64,000 nt of DNA from an uncultured Solirubrobacteraceae bacterium (lineage in GTDB: Bacteria; Actinomycetota; Thermoleophilia; Solirubrobacterales; Solirubrobacteraceae). The stretch's first letter is position 1. Every line of letters starts with the position of its first letter. Made by a program: the position numbers and the translations under genes. Under the pieces are notes generated by a model, which made no database searches, was not told the origin of the DNA, and was given only the letters and a program-made list of their open reading frames with translations. Shown piece by piece: positions 18,760-27,496 of this stretch. The DNA lies in the NCBI GenBank assembly GCA_963744845.1, contig CAVUVE010000012.1:403507-467506 (forward strand), given 5' to 3'.

Positions 18760-19620
18760 ATGGCCATCGCCTCCTCACCTGTCCGGCGTGACGAGCTCCG
18801 CGCTTTCCTACGCTCACGTCGCGCGCGACTGTCGCCGGCGGAGGTGGGCTTGCCCGATGACGGCGCCCGCCGCCGCACGCCGGGCCTGCGGCGCGAGGAG
18901 CTGGCCGCGCTCGCCGGCGTCGGGGTGTCGTGGTACACATGGCTCGAGCAGGGGCGCGATATCCACCCGTCGCCCGAGGTGCTCGATGCCGTGGCGCGGG
19001 CGCTGCGCCTGGACACCGCCGAGCGGGCGACCCTGTTCGCCCTGGCCCGCACGGAGCTGCCGCTGCCCGAGGGCTCCTGGGCGGCGCTGGATGACGATCA
19101 AGACGACGGTCGTGCGCTGCTCGTGTCTCTGGTCGAGGGGCTGCACCCAACGCCGGCGTACCTGCTCGGCGCGATGACGCGGATCCTGGCCTGGAACCCC
19201 GCAGCCTCGGCGTTGTTCGGATCGCCGGATCACCTGCCGCCCGAGCGCCGCTCCCTGTTGTGGATGCTCCTGGTTGACCCCGGCGAAGCGCGGAGCAATC
19301 CCGGCCGGGAGAGCACTGCCCGCAACATGGTGGCCCGCTTCCGCAGCGAGTATGCCCAGCACGCCGGCGAGCATGCCTACGAGCAGTTCATCGCGGAGCT
19401 GGGCCAGCGCAGCCCGTGGTTTGCCCAGTGGTGGGACGAGCACGAGGTCAACGACACTCAGCGCGGTACCAAGACGATTGATCATCCGACGCTGGGGACC
19501 CTGCGGCTCCATCACGCGCAGACGGTGCCGACCGGAGCCCCGGACCTCCGGCTCACCCTCTACGCGCCCGCCGACGCAGCTACCCGCGCCGCGCTCGCGA
19601 CGCTCCCGCCTCGGACCTAA
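18760..19620 (+). CDS. MmyB-like XRE-family HTH transcriptional regulator
   Basis: LRAFLRSRRARLSPAEVGLP...RRTPGLRREELAALAGVSVSWYTWLEQGR signature plus a C-terminal MmyB-like sensory domain. It is divergent from the SRPBCC gene. Confidence 0.85.
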   Translation: MAIASSPVRRDELRAFLRSRRARLSPAEVGLPDDGARRRTPGLRREELAALAGVGVSWYTWLEQGRDIHPSPEVLDAVARALRLDTAERATLFALARTELPLPEGSWAALDDDQDDGRALLVSLVEGLHPTPAYLLGAMTRILAWNPAASALFGSPDHLPPERRSLLWMLLVDPGEARSNPGRESTARNMVARFRSEYAQHAGEHAYEQFIAELGQRSPWFAQWWDEHEVNDTQRGTKTIDHPTLGTLRLHHAQTVPTGAPDLRLTLYAPADAATRAALATLPPRT

Positions 19621-20510
19621 TGCTCAGCGGCGGCCATCGGGTCGCCAAGCGCGATAGCGCCCTCGAGCCGCTCCATGTCCTGCTCGTCGAGCTCGATGTC
19701 GCCAGCGGCGATGTTCTCCTCGAGATGTTCAATCGAGCGTGTCCCGGGGATCAGCAGGATCCGCTCGGACCGGCCGAGCAGCCATGCCAGCGCGATCTGC
19801 GACGGCGTGGCTTGGCGACGTGCCGCCACTTCGGCGATCGCCGGGTCGGCGGCCAGCTGTTGTGGACCGCCGGCGAAGGCCGAGCCCAGCGGGAAGAACG
19901 GCACGAACGCGAGCCCGCGCTCCTCGCACAGCGCCAGCGCATCTTCCTCGGCGCGGTTGACAACGCTGTAGGCGTTCTGCACGCACGCGATGTCGACGAG
20001 CTCGAGCGCACGACGGACGGTGTCGGCGGAGGCGTTGGAGATCCCGATCAGATCGAGCTTGCCCTCACGGCGCAGGTCCTGCAGCGCACCGAGCTGTTCG
20101 GGCAACTGGTCAGCGGTGTCGCCTTCGTCCATCAAGCGCAGGTTCACGAGATCGATGCGGTCGAGCTGCAGCGTGCGCAGGTTGTCCTCGACACCGTCGC
20201 GCAGCTCGGCGGGTGACTGTGCCGGCAGCCAGCCGCCGGCATCGTCACGGCGGCCGCCGACCTTGGTAACGAGCTTGAGGCCCTCCGGGTACGGATACAG
20301 CGCCTCGTGGATCAGCTCGTTGACCACATCGGGACCGTAGAACTGCGAGGTGTCGATGTGGTCGACGCCGAGCTCGACGGCGCGGCGCAGCACCGCCCGA
20401 GCGCCTTCAGGGTCGCTCGGCGCTCCGAACACCCCGGGTCCTGCGAGTTGCATCGCGCCGAAGCCGATGCGATTGACGGGCTTGTCGCCCAGAAATGATG
20501 TCTTGGTCAT
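19617..20510 (-). CDS. aldo/keto reductase
   Basis: Internal ATG at 20510 (MTKTSFLGDKPVNRIGFGAMQL). It has DTSQFYG, KVG and IPGT motifs. The listed 473-aa extension is implausible. Confidence 0.9.
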   Translation of the reverse strand: MTKTSFLGDKPVNRIGFGAMQLAGPGVFGAPSDPEGARAVLRRAVELGVDHIDTSQFYGPDVVNELIHEALYPYPEGLKLVTKVGGRRDDAGGWLPAQSPAELRDGVEDNLRTLQLDRIDLVNLRLMDEGDTADQLPEQLGALQDLRREGKLDLIGISNASADTVRRALELVDIACVQNAYSVVNRAEEDALALCEERGLAFVPFFPLGSAFAGGPQQLAADPAIAEVAARRQATPSQIALAWLLGRSERILLIPGTRSIEHLEENIAAGDIELDEQDMERLEGAIALGDPMAAAEH

Positions 20511-20626
20511 AGCGCACAGGTTGCGCCTCACGGGCCGCCCCGACAAGAAGTGTGGTGATCCCGTGACTGCCACCACCAGGCTCGCGTCCGTCCGCGAGCC
20601 GCCGGCACCAAACGGGCCGGTGTCGG

Positions 20627-21103
20627 TCAGTCCCCTTCCTCGGCGCGCCACGCCGGCTGCGGGGGCGCTGAGGCGAGCGCCCGGCGCAATAGCGTCAGCA
20701 GCTGGCGGCGATCGGCGGCGCTCAGGCCGCCGAGGACCTCGTCCTGGACCTGGGAGACCAATCCTCTGGCCCGCTCGAGCGTGCGTCGTCCCTTCGGCGT
20801 GATCGTGACCTCCCACGCGCGGCGATCGTTCGGGCGGCGTCGGCGGTCGGCGAGCCCTGCATCCTCGATCTCGTTGATCAGCTTGACCATGGCGCTCGGA
20901 TCGATACCCATCTCGGAGCTGAGCTGTTGCTGGATGGTGCCTTCGCGAGCACCGAGCACGTTGAGCACCGCAAACACCGCGGGAGTCAAGCCGAGCGAGG
21001 TGAGCGCCTCGGCCGTGCGGGTGTGTGATGCCCGCCACAGCCGGAAGAAGAGCTGACCGGCGAATTCAGCGACCTCGACGTCGCTCGAGATAGGTTCTGG
21101 CAT
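20627..21103 (-). CDS. MarR-family transcriptional regulator
   Basis: 158 aa with a winged-helix core (LTPAVFAVLNVL...LINEIEDAGLADRRRRPNDRRAWEVTITPKG). It sits upstream of, and on the same strand as, the aldo/keto reductase. Confidence 0.9.
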   Translation of the reverse strand: MPEPISSDVEVAEFAGQLFFRLWRASHTRTAEALTSLGLTPAVFAVLNVLGAREGTIQQQLSSEMGIDPSAMVKLINEIEDAGLADRRRRPNDRRAWEVTITPKGRRTLERARGLVSQVQDEVLGGLSAADRRQLLTLLRRALASAPPQPAWRAEEGD

Positions 21104-21250
21104 GGCTGCAGTCTCGCACGTTCACTGGACCGCAACCGTGGTGGACCGCGCCCATCATGGTCGTCTACAATAATTTTTCCGCCTGAGCATGGCCGACGGC
21201 ACCCGGCCGTCACGCGTCCGCAACAAGCCCAGCCAGCATGAGGGGTTCCG

Positions 21251-21718
21251 ATGACTCAAAAGAAGGACACACCGAAGCGCACCCGGCGCGCCACCCCGAC
21301 GAGTAAGTCGCCCGACGTGCTCACCGCCGACGAGCGCGCCGCGATGAAGGAGCTCGTCCTGGAGCGCAAGGCACAAGCCCGCGGTGAGGACGGGGAGAAC
21401 GCAGTGCTCGGCAAGATCGCCGACATGCCGCAACCGGACCGCGCCATGGCCGAGCGGATTCACGCGATCGTCAAGGCGAGCGCGCCGTCCCTCTCGCCGA
21501 AGACCTGGTACGGGATGCCGGCCTATGCCAAGGACGGCAAGGTCATCTGCTTCTTCCAAAGCGCCGCGAAATTCAAGGCGCGGTATGCCACGGTCGGGTT
21601 CAGCGACAAGGCGAATCTCGACGACGGCAACATGTGGCCCACCTACTTCGCGCTGAAAGAGCTGACCTCTGCCGAGGAGCAGAAGATCGCCAGGCTCGTC
21701 AAAAAGGCGGCCAGCTGA
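21251..21718 (+). CDS. DUF1801 (YdhG-like) domain protein
   Basis: [34 protein letters not shown] pattern. It is divergent from marR. Confidence 0.8.
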   Translation: MTQKKDTPKRTRRATPTSKSPDVLTADERAAMKELVLERKAQARGEDGENAVLGKIADMPQPDRAMAERIHAIVKASAPSLSPKTWYGMPAYAKDGKVICFFQSAAKFKARYATVGFSDKANLDDGNMWPTYFALKELTSAEEQKIARLVKKAAS

Positions 21719-21776
21719 GCGCGGTTCCGCCGCCTCGTCCCTGCGGCGGACGCTTCCGGCGCAAGACGGCGAGTGG

Positions 21777-22217
21777 TCAGCTGCGCGTCACGAGCAGCGT
21801 GCCGGCGATGACGAGCGCCACCCCCACCAGGCGTGCGGCGCTGAGCCCGACGTGCTGGACGCCGAACCACCCGAGGCGGTCCGCGGCGACCGACATGATC
21901 ACCTGGCCGGCGACGAGCAGGGCGATCACCGATCCGGCGCCGAGTGGTTTGACGGCGATCAGCCCCACGGAGACGACGGCGGCACCGCCGAGAGCGCCGA
22001 TGAGGTGCTCGGGCTTCAGCGCGGTCACGCCGGTCAGCCGGCCGGGGTGACCGGCGAGGATCAGGAGGACGCCGATGATCGCCGTGGCGACGACGAGGCT
22101 CACAAAGGCCGCGCCGAGATCGCCGACATGCTTTGACAGGGCAGCGTTGGCGGCCGGCTGCAGGCCGACCAGCAACCCCGCGGCGAGGGTGCAGAACACT
22201 GCGACGGGGCGCGTCAC
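21777..22217 (-). CDS. DMT-superfamily small membrane protein (DUF606-like)
   Basis: 146 aa with about 4-5 TM helices and an LQPAANAALSKHVG motif. Confidence 0.75.
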   Translation of the reverse strand: MTRPVAVFCTLAAGLLVGLQPAANAALSKHVGDLGAAFVSLVVATAIIGVLLILAGHPGRLTGVTALKPEHLIGALGGAAVVSVGLIAVKPLGAGSVIALLVAGQVIMSVAADRLGWFGVQHVGLSAARLVGVALVIAGTLLVTRS

Positions 22218-22276
22218 ATCTGAGTCGATTCCCCGCGCGAGCGCGAGTTCCTGCCGTCTGTCGAGCAGCCGGCAGG

Positions 22277-22681
22277 TCAGGGGAAGACCGAGCCGCCGTC
22301 GGTCAGCAGCGTCTGGCCGGTGATCGTGGCCGCGGCGTCCGAGGCGAGGAACGCAACCGCGCCCGCGGTGTCGTCGGGCGTCAGCGTCCGGGGCACCGCC
22401 TGCCGGGCGCGCGCTTCCTCGAACAGAGGCTCGTTGAGGTCAGACTCCGTGAACGGCGTGCGCGTCAGCCCGGGCGCGACGCAGTTGACGGTGATGCCGT
22501 CGGCGCCGAGCTGCCTGGCGAGCACACGCGCGAGGCCGACGAGCGTCGCCTTGCTGGTCACGTAGGCGAACTCCCCCGTGCGGTCAAGGATCGCCACCTC
22601 GTGCCCGCTGGCCTCCAGCGCGCGGACGATGGCGCCGCCGATACCGCCAGCCCCGCCCGTCACCACGGCTGACCGAGTCAT
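22277..22681 (-). pseudogene. short-chain dehydrogenase remnant with in-frame internal deletion
   Basis: The N-terminal TGGAGGIGGAIV Rossmann motif runs straight (ILDRTGEFAYVTSKA) into the YxxxK region. About 100 aa, including NNAG and the catalytic Ser, are missing. The C-terminal VNCVAPG...TGQTLLTDGG is intact. Confidence 0.6.
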
Positions 22682-22791
22682 GCCACTCCCTCCATTTGCC
22701 TGCTGCATTGTCGAGCCGGCAGCGCCACAGGATAGGAGCACGAGATCACCCGCCCGCTCCGCACCGTGAATGGTCGGCTGTGCTCGTCTGC

Positions 22792-23310
22792 CTACGCTGC
22801 GGCGCGTCCCACGCCGAGACGTTGCCGCGCGGTCGCGCGATCGACGCCGAGCGCGGCGATCAGCTCGGCGGCGGGATCTGGCGGCTCGAGCTCGAGGATG
22901 GTGAGGAGCACCTGGTGCGTGCCGATGTGGTGACGGCGGCGTGTCTCTTTATACGATTTCTCGAGCGCTGTCTTGGCTTGGGGTGTCATCGGCAAACGGT
23001 CTCGTAAGACGGCTTTGAGCGTCGGCCGCGACGGAGGTTTGATCGGCTCGTCGATCGGTATCGGTGGTGCGTTGAACGCGGCGCCGATACCGACGGCTGC
23101 GAGCGCATCATGATCCATCGCGTCGAGCGCGTCGCGGGCCGTCTGCAGGTCGCATCCGAGGGCCTGCTCTGCGATTGGTTCTCTGAGCAGCGCGAGTATC
23201 AGGTGCTCGGTTCCGACCTTGCGGTCACCGCGGCGCCGTGCTTCCTCGCGAGCGTCGATGTACGTGCTCCAGGGGTTCCACGCGTCGGTCGGGTTGAGAT
23301 GCTTGGTCAT
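22792..23310 (-). CDS. Clp N-terminal (Clp_N repeat) domain protein
   Basis: Two Clp_N-like repeats (GTEHLILALLRE... and IGTHQVLLTILE...). ATGA overlap with the upstream HTH gene. Confidence 0.8.
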   Translation of the reverse strand: MTKHLNPTDAWNPWSTYIDAREEARRRGDRKVGTEHLILALLREPIAEQALGCDLQTARDALDAMDHDALAAVGIGAAFNAPPIPIDEPIKPPSRPTLKAVLRDRLPMTPQAKTALEKSYKETRRRHHIGTHQVLLTILELEPPDPAAELIAALGVDRATARQRLGVGRAAA

Positions 23311-23519
23311 GGCAGTCGCTTTGCGTATTTGGCGTGGACTGATTGGCGGGTCACGCCGAGCGCGTCACCGATCTGCTGCCAAGACCACCCCTGCTGGCGG
23401 GCGGTCGCGACGTGGTCGGTCTCGACCCGTTCGGCGAGCCGGTGCAGAGCGAGAGCGGCGCGGAGGCCCAGCGATGGGTCGTTGGACGTGATCGCGGAGG
23501 CGATGTCTTCGACGTTCAC
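23307..23519 (-). CDS. small helix-turn-helix protein
   Basis: 70 aa with a C-terminal GWSWQQIGDALGVTRQSVHAKY HTH. It is translationally coupled to the Clp_N gene. Confidence 0.75.
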   Translation of the reverse strand: MNVEDIASAITSNDPSLGLRAALALHRLAERVETDHVATARQQGWSWQQIGDALGVTRQSVHAKYAKRLP

Positions 23520-23672
23520 GGCCGTCAGTCTAGACTGACGAGCTGACGTTTGTCAATTCAAACTGACGCCACATGGGCTCCGGACGATCGGCGCGCAGAT
23601 CGGATTCCGCATGACACCGGGCCTGCTCGTCAGGCACCCGCGCGATGCGCAGCGGTCAGGGAGAATCTGGGT

Positions 23673-24302
23673 GTGGGTTCACCGCAGACGCTGAGCGAAG
23701 CCGAACGACGAATCGTGGCCGTGTGGGCGGCTGACTGCGCGGAGCGCGTGCTCGGACTGTTCGAGGCCGAGGCTCGAGGCGATACCCGCCCGCGCGATGC
23801 GATCGCGCGAACGCGGGCCTTCGGCCGTGGCGACCTTGACGTCGCAGATGAGATCCGGCGTCGTTTTGCCGGCCGCGGCGCCGCAGCCGAGGCGAGGACC
23901 CCGGCAGCGGTCGCTGCCGCCCGGGCAGCCGGACAGGCCGCCGCAATCCCTCACATGGGTGCGCATGCCCTGGGCGCCGCGGCGTACGCCGCCAGAGCGA
24001 AGGGACTGGCCGCCCCGGACCACCCAGAGGCGGTGAGCGACGAGATCCACTGGCAACTCACCAGCATGTCCATCGAGGCCAGAACTGCTCTACAGCAGCT
24101 TCCGCCAGTCGGTGAGAACCGTTCTGGTCCGCTGGGCCCGGGCCTGCTCGCATCGGGTGCTCTTGGCGCGATCATCCGCGACCTCCAGGCTGGACGACTC
24201 GATGGTCGTCGCGCTAGCTGCGGTCGCCGAGTCTGGCGATCAGCTCGAGCATCGCGTCAAGCGCAGCCTGAAGCGGCTTGGTGTCGCGGTCGATCTGAGT
24301 GA
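23673..24302 (+). CDS. Ala-rich helical protein, Imm-5-like putative immunity protein family (recognition from memory)
   Basis: The pattern WAADCAERVLGLFE...DTRPRDAI...HMGAHALGAAAYAARA...GPLGPGLL is one I associate with a family often auto-annotated as exonuclease SbcC or putative immunity protein. I chose the GTG start at 23673. The 3' end overlaps the TetR gene by 89 nt. Confidence 0.6.
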   Translation: MGSPQTLSEAERRIVAVWAADCAERVLGLFEAEARGDTRPRDAIARTRAFGRGDLDVADEIRRRFAGRGAAAEARTPAAVAAARAAGQAAAIPHMGAHALGAAAYAARAKGLAAPDHPEAVSDEIHWQLTSMSIEARTALQQLPPVGENRSGPLGPGLLASGALGAIIRDLQAGRLDGRRASCGRRVWRSARASRQAQPEAAWCRGRSE

Positions 24303-24831
24303 GCAGCAGGCCGCCCTGTAGCGCGGCCAGCAGGGCGAGCGCGAGGGCATCGGGGTCGGTATCGGGGGCGAGCCGGCGGCGGGCGTGCATCTCCCGAAGC
24401 CCGGTGCGGATGGCCGCTTCCCAGCGCTTGAAGCCGTCGGCGACCTGGGCTCTGGCCTCAGGATCGGTTTCGGCGAGTTCATTTCCGAGCGAACCGATGG
24501 GGCAGCCGCCGCTGCAGTTGAGCTGCCGTTGATGCTCGATCACCCAGTCACGCCAGGCGCGCAGGCCGTCCAAGCTGCTGAGATCAAACGTCCTCTGTCC
24601 GTCGACGATGGTGTCGGCCTGGTGCTCGATGACGGCTCGGACCAGGGCCGGCTTGTCGTCGAAGTAGTGGTAGAGCTGTGAGCTTGAGACGTCCGCCGCA
24701 GCCCGGACGTCTTCGATCGTCGTGTGGGCGACGCCTTGCTCAAAGATCAGATCGGCCGCGGCGGTCACGATGCGCTGGCGGGTTTGTTGCCCCTTGCGCG
24801 TCAGCGGGCGAGCGGGACGAGCCGTGTTCAT
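24214..24831 (-). CDS. TetR/AcrR-family transcriptional regulator
   Basis: N-terminal HTH (TRQRIVTAAADLIFEQGVAHTTIEDVRAAADVSSSQLYHYF). Confidence 0.9.
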   Translation of the reverse strand: MNTARPARPLTRKGQQTRQRIVTAAADLIFEQGVAHTTIEDVRAAADVSSSQLYHYFDDKPALVRAVIEHQADTIVDGQRTFDLSSLDGLRAWRDWVIEHQRQLNCSGGCPIGSLGNELAETDPEARAQVADGFKRWEAAIRTGLREMHARRRLAPDTDPDALALALLAALQGGLLLTQIDRDTKPLQAALDAMLELIARLGDRS

Positions 24832-24853
24832 GGGTCCCGAGTCTATCAGTGGA

Positions 24854-24871
24854 TTGGATCGTGTAATCCAA
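24854..24871. promoter_or_regulatory. perfect palindrome TTGGATcgtgtaATCCAA in the TetR/SDR divergent intergenic region (putative operator)
   Basis: The palindrome was read directly from the sequence. A flanking second inverted pair, GTGGATTG ... CAATCCAT, lies at about 24849-24899. Confidence 0.45.
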
Positions 24872-24943
24872 AACTGCTAGAGTGGAACGCACAATCCATT
24901 CTTCAGGGTTCACGACAGCCACTCGACAGGAGAACACAGAGCC

Positions 24944-25672
24944 ATGGCACTTCAAGGCAAGACCGCGCTCGTCACCGGCGGCACATCGGGCATCGGCCGC
25001 GCTGTCGCACAGCGCCTCGCCAGCGACGGCGCTGACGTGATCATCAGCGGCCGAGACGAGGGCCGGGGCCGCGAGGTCGTGGAGGCGATCGAGGCCGCCG
25101 GGGGCACCGCACGGTTCATCGCCGCCGACCTCGCCAGCTTCGGAGACGTCAGACGCCTTGCCGAGGCGGCACGCGACGTTGATGTCCTGGTCAACAACGC
25201 CGGCGTCTTTCCCGGCGGCCCGACCGGCCAGACGACCGAAGAGGCGTTCGACGTCACCTTCGATGTCAACGTCAAAGCGCCGTTCTTCCTGACCGCGGCG
25301 ATCGCGCCCCGCATGGCGGAAAAGGGCGGCGGGTCGATCATCAACATCTCAACCATGGCCGCGACGATCGGCATGAACGGCCTGGCGACCTACGGGGCGT
25401 CCAAAGCCGCGGTTGAATCACTCACCAAGGCCTGGACCGCCGAATACGCGGCTCAGGGCGTCCGCGTCAACACCGTCGCTCCCGGACCAACCCGCACCCC
25501 GGCCAGCGCCGCGATGGGCGAGATGTTCGACGTCCTTGCGTCGAGTACGCCGGCCGGGCACGGCGCCACCCCAGACGACATCGCCGGCGCTGTCAGCTTC
25601 CTCGCTTCCGACGACGCGAATTTCGTTTACGGCGCAATCCTGCCCGCCGACGGCGGCCGGGTCGCCGTCTGA
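24944..25672 (+). CDS. SDR-family oxidoreductase
   Basis: TGGTSGIG, NNAG, YGASKAA and VNTVAPG motifs. Confidence 0.92.
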   Translation: MALQGKTALVTGGTSGIGRAVAQRLASDGADVIISGRDEGRGREVVEAIEAAGGTARFIAADLASFGDVRRLAEAARDVDVLVNNAGVFPGGPTGQTTEEAFDVTFDVNVKAPFFLTAAIAPRMAEKGGGSIINISTMAATIGMNGLATYGASKAAVESLTKAWTAEYAAQGVRVNTVAPGPTRTPASAAMGEMFDVLASSTPAGHGATPDDIAGAVSFLASDDANFVYGAILPADGGRVAV

Positions 25673-25882
25673 CTCCAGAAGGCGCCGCGGTTGGACGTGT
25701 CCGGCGCATTGCGAACCTGGCATCGAGAAGCACGCGGTCCACCAAGAAACATCAAGCCGGTAACCCCTGGGCGACCCATGGGTCGCCCAGGACACCGACT
25801 TGACCAGACTCGGCCTTGAGATCGCCGGTCACACCGATTCGCCTGCTCGCCCGTGTCACTCGAAACGTTTCCTCGCCGGCGG

Positions 25883-27250
25883 TCACCCCGACTCCGCTGC
25901 GACGGGGACGGGAACCGCATTGTCCGCGACGACCTCGTAGGACGGTCGCCGGTACCTCAAGCGACGCCGGGCGTTGACCGCGGCCAGCGCGCGGACTTCG
26001 CCGAGGACTGCCCGACGATCACAGCCGGGCTGAGCAAACGCGCGGCCGATCGCGGCCACCAGGCGAGTCGGCGTGAACACCTGTGACGGCCGTCCGCGAT
26101 GGCTGAACAGCTCGATCAACGGGCCCAGCTCGTCTAACGCCAGCAACCGTTTGCCGACCTCGGGAAGCGCCACGGGTGGCTTTCCCGCGTTGCCCATGTC
26201 GGTGGCCAGCCAATAGTGCTCGATGGCATCCCAGTCACGCCAGCGCCCCCAGTCCGCCAGTGCCTGGTCGAGCTGGTCATCCGAGCAGCCCAAGCCCCGG
26301 ACGATGACCGGCGCCAGCGCTTCGCCCTGGCGGAATGCGTCCCCAATCCCCTGACCAGCTGCGGGATCCTTGAAGTGGCCCGCATCGCCGACCAGCACCC
26401 AGCCGGGGCCGGATGCCTCCCGGAAGTATCCATGCCAGCGCAGCATCCCGAAGAACTTCCCGGCGCGGCGCGCTCCCATCAGCGTCTCGGCCACCGGGAG
26501 ACAGCTCCGGGCGTGTTCCATGAAGTTGCCCTCCAGGTCCTTGCGGTAGCGCGGGAGCTCGCCCAACGCCGGCATCACCACGACCTGGTACAGGCCACTA
26601 TCTGCCGGCATTGCGATCACAAACCGGTCGTCCCAGCGATGCAGGAGAAAGGGCGAGTCGGATCCGAGCTGCGCTCCTTCGAAGAACGACCAGTACGTGA
26701 ACCGCTCGTTGGGCTCCAGGTTGTACCGGCGCGCACCCACGCTTCCGGCGACGGCCGAGTTGCGACCGTCGGCGCCGACCACGAGGCGCGTCAGCAGCGT
26801 CCTCTCCACGCGGTCCTGCATGACCCGCGCGCCGGTCACCCGGCCACCGTCGTGGATCAGGCCGGTGAACGTCGCCCCCGTCCGCACCTCGGCTCCCGCC
26901 TCGGCGGCGGCGTCGGCGAGAATCGGATCGAGGATCGAACGGCGCACCGAGACCACCCCACCGACGTCTCCCGGTCGCTGCGGCACCGAGGCGACGAACG
27001 CGAAGTCCTCCAGCCGCAGGTCCAGCTGTTTCACGAACGGGGCGCCGGTGGCCCGCACCTTGTCGATGACTCCGAGCCGCTCGAGGAAGGCCAGGGCCTG
27101 AGCCTGAAACATGTGGGTCGACAGCGTGTCCCGTGGAAAACTCGCCCTCTCCACCACCGCAACTCTCACACCTTGGCGCGCCAGCCGGGCGGCGAGTGGT
27201 GAGCCGGCGCAGCGCGCACCCACGACGACCACGTCGAAACGCTGGGGCAT
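25883..27250 (-). CDS. FAD-dependent oxidoreductase/monooxygenase
   Basis: ATG at 27250 preceded by GGAGG. It has DVVVVGARCAGS dinucleotide, GADGRNS and GDAGHFKDPAAGQGI motifs. The listed 510-aa N-terminal extension is unlikely. Confidence 0.85.
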   Translation of the reverse strand: MPQRFDVVVVGARCAGSPLAARLARQGVRVAVVERASFPRDTLSTHMFQAQALAFLERLGVIDKVRATGAPFVKQLDLRLEDFAFVASVPQRPGDVGGVVSVRRSILDPILADAAAEAGAEVRTGATFTGLIHDGGRVTGARVMQDRVERTLLTRLVVGADGRNSAVAGSVGARRYNLEPNERFTYWSFFEGAQLGSDSPFLLHRWDDRFVIAMPADSGLYQVVVMPALGELPRYRKDLEGNFMEHARSCLPVAETLMGARRAGKFFGMLRWHGYFREASGPGWVLVGDAGHFKDPAAGQGIGDAFRQGEALAPVIVRGLGCSDDQLDQALADWGRWRDWDAIEHYWLATDMGNAGKPPVALPEVGKRLLALDELGPLIELFSHRGRPSQVFTPTRLVAAIGRAFAQPGCDRRAVLGEVRALAAVNARRRLRYRRPSYEVVADNAVPVPVAAESG

Positions 27251-27496
27251 GATGCCTCCAAGAGTGTCCGCGCAATCCCCGGTCCGTATGTGGGGGTCGC
27301 TCCGCGGACTTCCGAATCCCGGCCCGTGTCGACCGTAGTCGGACCATAACCCCCAGTGTTGGCGTCTGCAAGCCGTCAGCGCACGCATAACACGCGCATC
27401 ACACACAGTGGGCACGGCACGGCACTCGAGCGCCTGCGGGCGTCCGCAATCGTCAAACTACGCGACCGACCTGCTGCCTGGTAGTAGAGTCGCGCA

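Noticed and set aside
18686-19150. The N-terminal 155 codons of the listed 316-aa ORF upstream of the SRPBCC domain.
   Set aside because: This part is extremely Arg/Pro/Ala-rich and overlaps the divergent MmyB-like regulator gene. The SRPBCC fold is complete from the GTG at 18685.
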